A DNA stretch of 64,000 nucleotides, from positions 241,834 through 305,833 of the IMG/VR virus record IMGVR_UViG_3300009093_000034. The stretch is one strand, 5' to 3'. The translations under genes and the position numbers were made by a program. The notes beneath the pieces were generated by a model that worked only from the letters and a program-made list of their open reading frames with translations, did no database searches and had not been told where the DNA came from. Of the stretch, positions 56,884 through 64,000 are shown one piece after another. Each line of letters starts with the position of its first letter. Position 1 is the stretch's first letter.

Positions 56884-56914
56884 GATCAGTTAGTCTCTAT
56901 CTTCAACCTCTTCT

Positions 56915-57130
56915 CAATTTGGGCTGGCCCTAAGTATTTCTATTCTTATTATGTTAGATTCTTATATATGCTATCTGACTTGCACACTGTTCATAGTAGT
57001 CAATCTAACAAACTATAGACTAAATAGATAAAACATAATTCATTTACGGTGAACAGGTTCTCGAGTATACTCTGTCAATAAGGAGTACGGGGTTGTTAAA
57101 GATTACACCACGAACTGTCAGACGCCAAAT
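56915..57130 (+). ncRNA. Structured RNA, possibly a truncated group I intron core
   Basis: Stems UGUUAGAUU/AAUCUAACA, UGCUAU/AUAGUA, UUCAU/GUGAA, CAG(G)UUC/GAACUG, UACUC/GAGUA, AUUUGG/CCAAAU. The likeness to group IB introns is from memory and unverified; no P7 3' strand or P9 was found. Confidence 0.4.
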
Positions 57131-58049
57131 CAAAGACGCTGCCGAGTTCATCCAGTACAAAAACATCTCTCCAATGGAAGAGATGAGACAAGACGCAAAG
57201 CCTGTGAACTTCGGACTTATGTTCGGGTCCAGTGCCAGAACGTTCGTTAACGCTGTTCTAGAAACCCGTTGGACAGAACAGCAGTGTGACGATTACATAG
57301 AGTCCAACAACCTCTATGACTTAAAAGACCAAATCATCGCTAGGAACCCAAGAGACACCCCTGTGTTTTGGAAGTACTTGACCTGTGCCTCAGACATTCG
57401 AAACAAGTTCTTCAACACCTACAAAGGACTGAAGGAAAGAATCGACCGAGAAAGGGTCTTTGCTTATCAGCACGGATACGTCAGAAGTTGGCATGGCCAG
57501 GTAAGAAGAATCCCAGAGCTCTTCATCATGGACCACACTGATGCAGGTCGACCATCTGGAGACGACAACTCTCTTTACTCTAGGGTCATCGGAAACCTTC
57601 AGAACATTGCTTCTAACACCTCTATTCAGAATTTCGAAGCAAGCATAGTCATGCCTGCCATCATTGAACTTCATATGTGGTTTCATGAGAACAAGATGAA
57701 GAGCTTCATCTGGAACTCTGTTCACGACTCTATTGACCTTTGCATCTATCGACCAGAGTTGGACATCGTGGCAGCTAAGATCAAAGAAGTCTGTACAGAC
57801 TCTAAGATCTACAAGAACCTTGGTCTTTTCAAAGATTGGGGACTTAACATGGATATCGACATGATGGTAGCTGACTTGACAGACCCCAATGAGTACTACA
57901 AGGGTGGAAAGAAGTACAAGTTCAAGGACGATGTCGAGGTTACTCCTTCTACGAAGATCAAGATAGACCCAAAGCTTAGAGAGATGGAAGAAGCTTGGTT
58001 CCCAAAGAAGAAAGTTCCAACCCGTAAAGTACGGTCTCAAAAGTCTTGA
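57093..58049 (+). CDS. polA: Family A DNA polymerase, C-terminal half only (motifs B and C)
   Basis: RQDAKPVNFGLMFG (motif B), HGYVRSWHGQVRRIP, NTSIQ, NSVHDSI (motif C); no motif A or exonuclease domain; TTG start 7 nt after AGGAG. Confidence 0.85.
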   Translation: MLKITPRTVRRQIKDAAEFIQYKNISPMEEMRQDAKPVNFGLMFGSSARTFVNAVLETRWTEQQCDDYIESNNLYDLKDQIIARNPRDTPVFWKYLTCASDIRNKFFNTYKGLKERIDRERVFAYQHGYVRSWHGQVRRIPELFIMDHTDAGRPSGDDNSLYSRVIGNLQNIASNTSIQNFEASIVMPAIIELHMWFHENKMKSFIWNSVHDSIDLCIYRPELDIVAAKIKEVCTDSKIYKNLGLFKDWGLNMDIDMMVADLTDPNEYYKGGKKYKFKDDVEVTPSTKIKIDPKLREMEEAWFPKKKVPTRKVRSQKS

Positions 58050-58058
58050 GATATTGTA
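58047..58058 (+). promoter_or_regulatory. Early-type promoter motif, copy 6 (leaderless ligase transcript predicted)
   Basis: TGAGATATTGTA overlapping the pol stop; ATG 3 nt later, no SD. Confidence 0.7.
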
Positions 58059-58061
58059 GCC

Positions 58062-59441
58062 ATGCTTGAAGCCTCATTTCCCAGCTTGCGCTCCTTCGTT
58101 CAGGAGTGCCAGGCGAATACTTCCTCGAACGCTAAGAAAGAGATTCTTACCAGGTACCCTGACCTGAAAGAGATTTTTCAGTACGTTTACAATCCGTACA
58201 TCAAGTTCTACACCACCTCTGACAACGTGAAAAAACAGAGCAAGGCTCTTCAGAGTGAAGGTCCGAACCTCTTTGGAGGGAAGGGATTGCCTCTTGGAAA
58301 TCTCAACGTCCTTCACGGAGCTCCTGCTCCTAAGGACTTCAAGGAAGTCTTGGATCAACTCTCAGCCAGAACCTTGTCTGGTTTTGAAGGAATCAAAGCC
58401 ATCCTCAAGGTTGTCAAGAACAACAAGCTCTATGAGGATCTGATCTACATGATCCTGGACAAGGATCTGAAAGTTCGAATCGATGTCAAGTCGATCAACA
58501 AGGTCTATCCTAAGTTGATCCCGACCTTCAACGTGGCTTTGGCCAACAAGTACAAGGACGTTGAGGATAAGGTTGACTTCGGAGCTGATGAGTGGTTCGC
58601 CTCTCACAAGCTGGACGGTTTCCGTTGCATCACGGTTGTGGATGGAAACGGAAAGGTCACTTGTTACACTAGAACAGGAAATGAGTACAAGACCTTAGGT
58701 CGAGTGATCGAAGAGATCAAGCGTCTTTATCCCACCTTGAGAAACACCGTGTTTGATGGTGAACTCTGCATCGTGGATGAAAAGGGAGCTGAGCACTTCG
58801 ACTGGATGCAAAAAGAGTGGAACAAAGACAACCACACCATTGCCTTCCCAAGGTATAAACTCTTTGACATGTTGACCCTCGACGAGTTCACGACTGAAGA
58901 ATCTACCAGAGATCTTCTTACCCGTCTTGAGGCCTTGAATGACATGCTTCTTCCTTCCAAGATCCTTAACATGCTCGAACAAAAGATAGTTATGAGCAAG
59001 ATTCATCTTGATGATATGGCCAAAGACGCCGATGATAAGGGTTGGGAAGGTTTGATCATCAGAAAGAACGCTCCTTACCTTGGAAAGCGCAGCAACGATC
59101 TTCTCAAGGTCAAGACGTTCGAAGATATTGAAGTTGTAGTTGAAGGTATTGAAACCGGACCCTTCAGGTACGTCAAGAACAAAGCCGAAGCCGAAGAAGA
59201 GATGATGACCTCCATTTACTTCACATTCTTTAGCGAAAAGCTTCAGAAGAGTAACCGTGTGGACGTCGGCTCTGGTTTCTCAATCGAACAGCGTCAAAGG
59301 TTCTTTGCTCACCCTGAGGAGATCATTGGAAAGACCATCACGGTTAAGTACTTTGAAGAAACAATTAACTCAGATACAGGACTTCCTTCTTTGCGTTTTC
59401 CAGTGTTGAAGACCATCTGGGAAAATGGGAGAGATGAATAA
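58062..59441 (+). CDS. ATP-dependent DNA ligase
   Basis: SHKLDGFRC (KxDG), FDGEL, LFDML, WEGLIIR, LLKVK, ITVKYFEE, SLRFP. Confidence 0.93.
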   Translation: MLEASFPSLRSFVQECQANTSSNAKKEILTRYPDLKEIFQYVYNPYIKFYTTSDNVKKQSKALQSEGPNLFGGKGLPLGNLNVLHGAPAPKDFKEVLDQLSARTLSGFEGIKAILKVVKNNKLYEDLIYMILDKDLKVRIDVKSINKVYPKLIPTFNVALANKYKDVEDKVDFGADEWFASHKLDGFRCITVVDGNGKVTCYTRTGNEYKTLGRVIEEIKRLYPTLRNTVFDGELCIVDEKGAEHFDWMQKEWNKDNHTIAFPRYKLFDMLTLDEFTTEESTRDLLTRLEALNDMLLPSKILNMLEQKIVMSKIHLDDMAKDADDKGWEGLIIRKNAPYLGKRSNDLLKVKTFEDIEVVVEGIETGPFRYVKNKAEAEEEMMTSIYFTFFSEKLQKSNRVDVGSGFSIEQRQRFFAHPEEIIGKTITVKYFEETINSDTGLPSLRFPVLKTIWENGRDE

Positions 59442-60340
59442 TGGGCTGCTGGAGTGAAACTTGCGGATTCTCACATCTGCCGATCAACCACGGCGACAAG
59501 GTCATGTGCTTTGTTATTCGAGAGAACAGATATGGAGATCCTTCAAAAAGAAAAGCTACTCAGAACTACTGCTACCCCTATGACCCGTTTGAGCCGTATC
59601 TCCTTCCTGTTATAGGAAAGTACGATGATTATGGGTGTGTTGAAGAAGTAAAAGACAATGTTGCCTCAGCTTTTCTTTTAGAACACTTTGAACAAAAGTT
59701 GTCTTCTGGAAAATTTGACAATGCTGGTTGGTCAGAATATGACCCTAAGCCTGAGAAGTTCGAGACGATTGAAGTTCTTCTTAATCATATTGAGAGAGGA
59801 CATCTTTACGAAAATTCAGGGTCTATTTTTTATGGGTATCGATTGTACATGGTACATTTTGATATCTTTAAGACCTTAACTAAGATCTCAGTTAAAAAAT
59901 CTGAGATGGCAAAAGCTTCTTGGAAAAGATCTGAAACAGATGTTGATGACCGAATGTTTGGGTTGTTATTCTCCAATGAAAAAAATAAGATCATATTGGA
60001 GATGAGAACTCCTGAAGAAGAAAAACTGGTCGAAAAGCTTAGAAGTAAGTGGAGTGATGATCGACTGGACTTAGGAAGAAGTGTAGATCACAGATTTAAT
60101 GATCTGGGAAAACTTCTTCCTTTTCTTCCTACAGAATCCTACTACCAAGATCTCCAAAATCTGATGCAATATGTCGTGGTTGTATCTAGGACTCGTCGAA
60201 GCTTTGCTCCTACTGCTGGTACTGGTAGTCAGGATAATGATCTTGTTTGGCATAAGAAAGCTCAAAAGGTCATCAACGCACAAATCAAGAAAAGAGAAGA
60301 CGAGATAGAACAATGGGAGTACGAAAATGAAGATGCTTGA
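59441..60340 (+). CDS. Hypothetical protein
   Basis: TAATG overlap; MGCWSETCGFSHLPI start typical of a phage family. Confidence 0.7.
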   Translation: MGCWSETCGFSHLPINHGDKVMCFVIRENRYGDPSKRKATQNYCYPYDPFEPYLLPVIGKYDDYGCVEEVKDNVASAFLLEHFEQKLSSGKFDNAGWSEYDPKPEKFETIEVLLNHIERGHLYENSGSIFYGYRLYMVHFDIFKTLTKISVKKSEMAKASWKRSETDVDDRMFGLLFSNEKNKIILEMRTPEEEKLVEKLRSKWSDDRLDLGRSVDHRFNDLGKLLPFLPTESYYQDLQNLMQYVVVVSRTRRSFAPTAGTGSQDNDLVWHKKAQKVINAQIKKREDEIEQWEYENEDA

Positions 60341-60821
60341 TAAGAGCGTTCTTGAAAGTTTAGGAATGAAGTATCCCACTTTTCTTCCTTACGGAACTGA
60401 CATTCGAGGATTGAGTTTCCTCAACGGTTTTTCCTTCTACCATCGAAACTATTATTACGTCATGCAAGGAAAATTTCCTTACACTGACGCCAGAAAATTG
60501 TTCGATTCTGGAATCAGTAAGAGACTTGCCATCCGAGAAGCTGGGATGGGAAATGGCATTGATCCTGAAAAGTGGATCACCTCCGACGCTTATCAAGCCA
60601 TTATTGAAAAAGAAGTGCTTGAATGGTGGCAAGCAGATCCTAAACCCAAATCTCATGACGAGTTTGAAGCAGAGATAAACGATCTCAAAGACAAGATGAT
60701 GAAAGAAGACATCTCCCTTTGGTATCTCAAAGAGTATCACATCGATACTGATGAGGGATTGATGTACATGATCAACTATCTGAAAGAAAAAGACATCCAT
60801 TCTGTTTGGAGCTTTGAATGA
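60327..60821 (+). CDS. Hypothetical protein
   Basis: ORF track; YHIDTDEGL. Confidence 0.65.
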   Translation: MKMLDKSVLESLGMKYPTFLPYGTDIRGLSFLNGFSFYHRNYYYVMQGKFPYTDARKLFDSGISKRLAIREAGMGNGIDPEKWITSDAYQAIIEKEVLEWWQADPKPKSHDEFEAEINDLKDKMMKEDISLWYLKEYHIDTDEGLMYMINYLKEKDIHSVWSFE

Positions 60822-61054
60822 AAGTCAAGTACGTGATGTTTCCTGAGAATAGGTTCATCATACTTCCGTTGAACATGTCTCACGACAGCGTTGGAATGGG
60901 AGTTAGACCTGTTTCAGCAGGGTTCGTATGGCTAACAACCACCGAAGACGGAAATTGTGAGGCAGAGGTCGCTGGTGAAAGCGTTTCTCTTGGGATCAAG
61001 TCAAGGCCAGAAGACGCGAAGACCATTGCTTGGTACTTTTCTACATGCAAGTAG
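60818..61054 (+). CDS. Small hypothetical protein
   Basis: ATGA overlap. Confidence 0.6.
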   Translation: MKVKYVMFPENRFIILPLNMSHDSVGMGVRPVSAGFVWLTTTEDGNCEAEVAGESVSLGIKSRPEDAKTIAWYFSTCK

Positions 61055-61239
61055 AATTAGACGAAGAAGACAACCCAGAGTGGCCTAACATTCTTCAAGA
61101 AGTTGGAAGATTGGCAAGTCAAGAAGCTAGAAAGAAGGCCTTTGAGAAAGGTCTTTCTGTAGTTTATGCTGAAGGTGGAAAGCTTCTTAGAGAACATGCA
61201 GATGGAACCATTGAGGTTCTAGGAGACACAACAGCATGA
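61045..61239 (+). CDS. Small hypothetical protein
   Basis: ARKKAFEKGLSVVYAEGGKLLREHADG. Confidence 0.55.
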   Translation: MQVELDEEDNPEWPNILQEVGRLASQEARKKAFEKGLSVVYAEGGKLLREHADGTIEVLGDTTA

Positions 61240-62387
61240 AGATCGCCTACGGTTGTAATGGAGAAGGTTTTGGCCATGTCTCTAGATTGACCACACGTCT
61301 TAACCATCTTGAGAACAAACACGAAGTAGGTGTTTTTCTTCCTCACTCTGTCTTAGATTATTTCCACTCTAAGACCTACGGGTTTCATAGAGCGATCCAT
61401 AAAATTCCAGGACTTCACTTTGTTCAAGTCCATGGTCGAATCGACTTCTTCAAGTCCATCATTCTCAATCTTCCCTTTATTCTCACGTTTCCTCTTTCTG
61501 TTTTTCGCTTGTCGAAACACCTGAAGAAAGAGAAGTATCAAGTTGTCATCTCTGACTTTGAACCTCATATGGCTTGGGCAGGTTTTCTTGCTGGTATTCC
61601 TGTGATTCAGCTAAATCATCCTGGAGTCATGAAGAAGATTCAAGATAAAGAACCTGTGGATCTCACAGCTCTCTTGGTTGCTTACCTGATGGAAGGACCT
61701 TGGAACTATCGAGTCATTGTTTCTTTCTTTGATGGAGATGTTGGTCCTCTGATTCGTCCAAGTCTTCTCTTCAAGAGGCACAAGACCAAAGACAAGGGTT
61801 TTCTTGTCTTCAATCTGAAAGAGTCTTACAAGCACAAGGTCATGAAGGTCTTGAAGAAATTTCCTGATCTCAAATGGAAGCTATTTCCTTCTAAGACAGA
61901 AGATTTTGATAAGGCTTTGAGACACTGCACAGCGGTTGTTACCTCGGCTGGTCATCAGATCATCGCCGAAGCTCTCTTTTTGAAGAAACCTGTTTTGGCC
62001 ATTCCTCAAGAAGGTCAAGCAGAACAGGTTCTTAACGCCAACAAGCTTGAAGAATCCGGAAAAGGCATAGTAGGGTCTCTTCAGACCTTAGATCAAGATC
62101 TAAGACATCTCTTGATGAATCTTAAGCATCTCAAAAAGAACAAGCTTCCTAAGTGGTGTATCGTCGAAGATGGAACCATGGATCTTCTTAAGAAGCTTGA
62201 GAAGTTCTTTTCTAAGATCCAGTCTTCTGGAACTCAGGCAAATCTGGGTAATGAGCCTTTATCCAAGCGATGGCATCAGTCTTCTCCTGTTCCGTCAAGT
62301 CCTCGAACGCAGGTAGACGATCCTTCTCTTCTCTCTGGTAGTTCGAACTCTCTTGTATCTGTTCTAACGTCTGTCCCCGGTATGTGA
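61236..62387 (+). CDS. GT-B glycosyltransferase (MJ1255/GT28-like)
   Basis: YGCNGEGFGHVSR, VISDFEP, TSAGHQIIAEAL..KKP..AIP..GQAEQ..NA. Confidence 0.85.
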   Translation: MKIAYGCNGEGFGHVSRLTTRLNHLENKHEVGVFLPHSVLDYFHSKTYGFHRAIHKIPGLHFVQVHGRIDFFKSIILNLPFILTFPLSVFRLSKHLKKEKYQVVISDFEPHMAWAGFLAGIPVIQLNHPGVMKKIQDKEPVDLTALLVAYLMEGPWNYRVIVSFFDGDVGPLIRPSLLFKRHKTKDKGFLVFNLKESYKHKVMKVLKKFPDLKWKLFPSKTEDFDKALRHCTAVVTSAGHQIIAEALFLKKPVLAIPQEGQAEQVLNANKLEESGKGIVGSLQTLDQDLRHLLMNLKHLKKNKLPKWCIVEDGTMDLLKKLEKFFSKIQSSGTQANLGNEPLSKRWHQSSPVPSSPRTQVDDPSLLSGSSNSLVSVLTSVPGM

Positions 62388-62808
62388 TGACGTCCTGACG
62401 AACATTAAGGTTAGCGCACTTGAAGTTCATCAAGTGACCAAGAGCTAAGTGATGGTTCTCTTCTGGTTTTCCAGACTCTGTTTCGCAGAGAGTGATTAAA
62501 TTTGGTGCCCACTCTTCAAGAGAAGGAAAACCAAGGTTGATAGCGTAGTCAAACGGAAACACATGGTGGACTTGAACTGCGTCGGTCTTTCCACAAGCTT
62601 CACAAGCTGGATGGTCTTTCAAAAACTTGTTCTTGAAAGCTCCCCAAGTTGAACTCCTCTTTACATTATGAAGAACAACTCCATGATCTTCAGATTGAGG
62701 TTCCTGAGAAGGAACTGGAGTTTTAACGACAGGCGTTGAAACAGTTGGTTTTGGAGGAGTAGAAACACTTTGTGTTTTTCTTCCTCTTAAAAAATCTAGA
62801 ATACCCAA
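62212..62808 (-). CDS. HNH endonuclease
   Basis: CEACG..DAVQVHHVFPF...NLITLCE...HH; TTG with GGAGG SD. Confidence 0.8.
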   Translation of the reverse strand: MGILDFLRGRKTQSVSTPPKPTVSTPVVKTPVPSQEPQSEDHGVVLHNVKRSSTWGAFKNKFLKDHPACEACGKTDAVQVHHVFPFDYAINLGFPSLEEWAPNLITLCETESGKPEENHHLALGHLMNFKCANLNVRQDVITYRGQTLEQIQESSNYQREEKDRLPAFEDLTEQEKTDAIAWIKAHYPDLPEFQKTGS

Positions 62809-62930
62809 AATTGGACCTCCTAAGGTGTATACTAACTAGTAAGGAAAAAATCAAAAGAAGTTTCGTTGTACTCTTCTTTTGAAGTCGTGGTCGTTGACCA
62901 GGCTAGTTATTCCATACTAGGAGGTTCTAT

Positions 62931-63563
62931 ATGAACCCTACGTTTAACTCTCTGTCTAAGTGGACAGATGATCTTTTTTCAGCTATTGATACAGTAGCTA
63001 ATGATTTCAACAACTCTATTGTTGGAAACAACTCTAACAGTGGATATTGGGTAGGAGATTATCCTCCTTCTTTTCCTGTTGATCCGTGGCCCACAAAGTG
63101 GATCTACGAGCCTTACATCAAGTTCTATCCTCAGATCATTGAGGTCATCACGACTGTGGTGAAGGACCAAGGCTCTCCATGGAGAGATTCTCCAAACTTC
63201 CCTCCTGTCAACATTGATCTAAACCCTGTCACGAAGGAACTTCGTTTCACTTGGGCTCTCGCTGGTGTCCGTAAGGACCATGACGTCGAGATTGAGTTTG
63301 ATTCTGATAAGTTGATCCTTCATATTAAGGCCAAGGAAACTGATACTGAAACTAAGGATTCAGAAGAAGTAACCGGAGAGATCAAATGGGCTTCTCTAAA
63401 ACAAGGAATCAAGACCAAGGTCGTTGGAGACTACTCTTACGATGTGGCTGGTTCCAGATATGATGTAGCCAAGGCTGTTGCTAAGTGGGATGATGGTCTC
63501 TTGACTGTTACTCTTCCTCTTAGAGAAGAGGCTAAGCCCTTCAAGGTTCAGATCCAGAGTTAA
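62931..63563 (+). CDS. Small heat-shock protein (Hsp20/alpha-crystallin)
   Basis: PPVNI, FTWALAGV, AKWDDGLLTVTLP; SD AGGAGG. Confidence 0.85.
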   Translation: MNPTFNSLSKWTDDLFSAIDTVANDFNNSIVGNNSNSGYWVGDYPPSFPVDPWPTKWIYEPYIKFYPQIIEVITTVVKDQGSPWRDSPNFPPVNIDLNPVTKELRFTWALAGVRKDHDVEIEFDSDKLILHIKAKETDTETKDSEEVTGEIKWASLKQGIKTKVVGDYSYDVAGSRYDVAKAVAKWDDGLLTVTLPLREEAKPFKVQIQS

Positions 63564-63580
63564 CTAGATCTCACAAAAAG

Positions 63581-63607
63581 AAAAAGGTCCCGAAAGGGAC
63601 CTTTTTT
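63581..63607. terminator. Bidirectional terminator
   Basis: AAAAAGGTCCC GAAA GGGACCTTTTT; same core as 27664. Confidence 0.85.
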
Positions 63608-64000
63608 ATTCAAAAGTGATCTCGATGTGCCACTTGGCATCATTCTTCTCTACAAAATCGGCTGACCAAGACTTTCCATCAAAGATTCTATTGATACAGG
63701 AGAAAGCCCATCTTAATGGGTCCCACTCACCTTCGTATGTGGTCAGTTCAAAACCGTTCTTCTTGAGATCGCCTAAAGAGACTAGAGTTCCAATAAGTTG
63801 GGTCTCTAGTTCATCGTAGAATTTTTTTTTACCTCTGATGTAGACTCGGTCTTCCTACCATGGTAAGAAGGACCGACCTGATCTCGATAAGCTTCGTAGG
63901 CTTCTTTCTTTGAAAAACCGTACTTCATCAAGTGTTGGATGATATCGTCAGTTGTTAGGTCTTTGTTAGCCATCATGTGGATGGCATGTTTGATACCAAA
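63606..64000 (-). CDS. Hypothetical protein, 5'-truncated, interrupted at an A9 run
   Basis: One frame is open from 64000 to TAG 63806; a second, startless frame runs to TAA 63606; a -1 shift at A9 joins them. Confidence 0.45.

Larger units (their letters stand above)
31225..56894 (-). promoter_or_regulatory. Dispersed late-type motif ACTAA(T/C/G)T
   Basis: Copies at 31225, 33185, 41033, 43534, 45404, 47009, 48937, 51502, 52828, 54922, 56888 (plus 26894), each upstream of a minus-strand start. Confidence 0.65.

Noticed and set aside
26894-56894. ACTAAC/ACTAAT as a eukaryotic branch point, implying a eukaryotic virus
   Set aside because: SD sites, intrinsic terminators, coupled operons and contractile-tail genes show a bacterial phage; there are no GT-AG introns.
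56886-56905. Minus-strand GATAGAGACTAAC as the R element of a second group I intron
   Set aside because: It is explained by the ACTAACT late motif before ATG 56883, and no downstream TAGTC-containing S element was found.
57470-57490. GATACGTCAG as the missing P7 3' strand
   Set aside because: It encodes the conserved PolA GYV motif and pairs poorly, so it is probably coincidence.
62894-62918. TTGACC...CCATACT as a sigma32/sigma70 promoter for hsp20
   Set aside because: The spacing is too short and the start site would fall beyond the SD.
1-64000. tRNA, rRNA, CRISPR array, integrase, transposase, DGR/retron reverse transcriptase
   Set aside because: No cloverleaf/T-loop in intergenic space, no spaced direct repeats and no RT or integrase motifs were seen by eye; tRNAscan/CRISPR tools were not run.
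1-64000. Alternative genetic code (stop reassignment, as in some large phages)
   Set aside because: TAA, TGA and TAG all end genes at tight junctions, and long conserved genes are uninterrupted in code 11.
1-64000. Host assignment (a spirochaete is suggested by the lipobox and gene flavour)
   Set aside because: This is an impression only and needs BLAST of nadE, pncB and hsp20, or CRISPR spacer matches.

Overview
This window is a 64 kb fragment of a large lytic myovirus (contractile-tailed, probably jumbo) phage read in the standard code with Shine-Dalgarno sites. No tRNA, rRNA, CRISPR array, integrase or transposase was recognised. Bases 1-25968 (+) hold a dense array of small early or accessory genes. 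It includes a PP2C phosphatase/YegI-like kinase pair, a secreted polysaccharide deacetylase, Gln-dependent NAD synthetase (nadE), nicotinate phosphoribosyltransferase (pncB), NADAR, two SLOG proteins and many tandem paralog pairs. Bases 25965-27662 are a short strand-switch island with a Mor-like regulator and a bL12-like protein. Bases 27693-56883 (-) are a tail module (fibre, 2614-aa baseplate protein, gp6/J-like, gp25-like, four tube-fold paralogs, an AT-rich glycosyltransferase insert, sheath, tail completion protein) followed by an SbcD/Mre11-like nuclease, an HNH protein, a DsbA/GapR-like protein and primase. Bases 57093-63563 carry a family A DNA polymerase C-terminal half preceded by a structured, group I intron-like RNA, then ATP-dependent ligase, a glycosyltransferase, an HNH protein and Hsp20. 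Two promoter-like motifs were found by eye: TGAGATATTGTA (6 exact copies, + strand, early-type) and ACTAA(T/C/G)T (12 copies, - strand, late-type, often 4-8 nt before an SD-less ATG). The best leads are a deamidated (Preiss-Handler-type) NAD+ rebuilding route in a phage, and a polymerase split between motifs A and B that appears to start from an RBS inside an intron-like remnant. All family calls come from motif recognition, not database searches.
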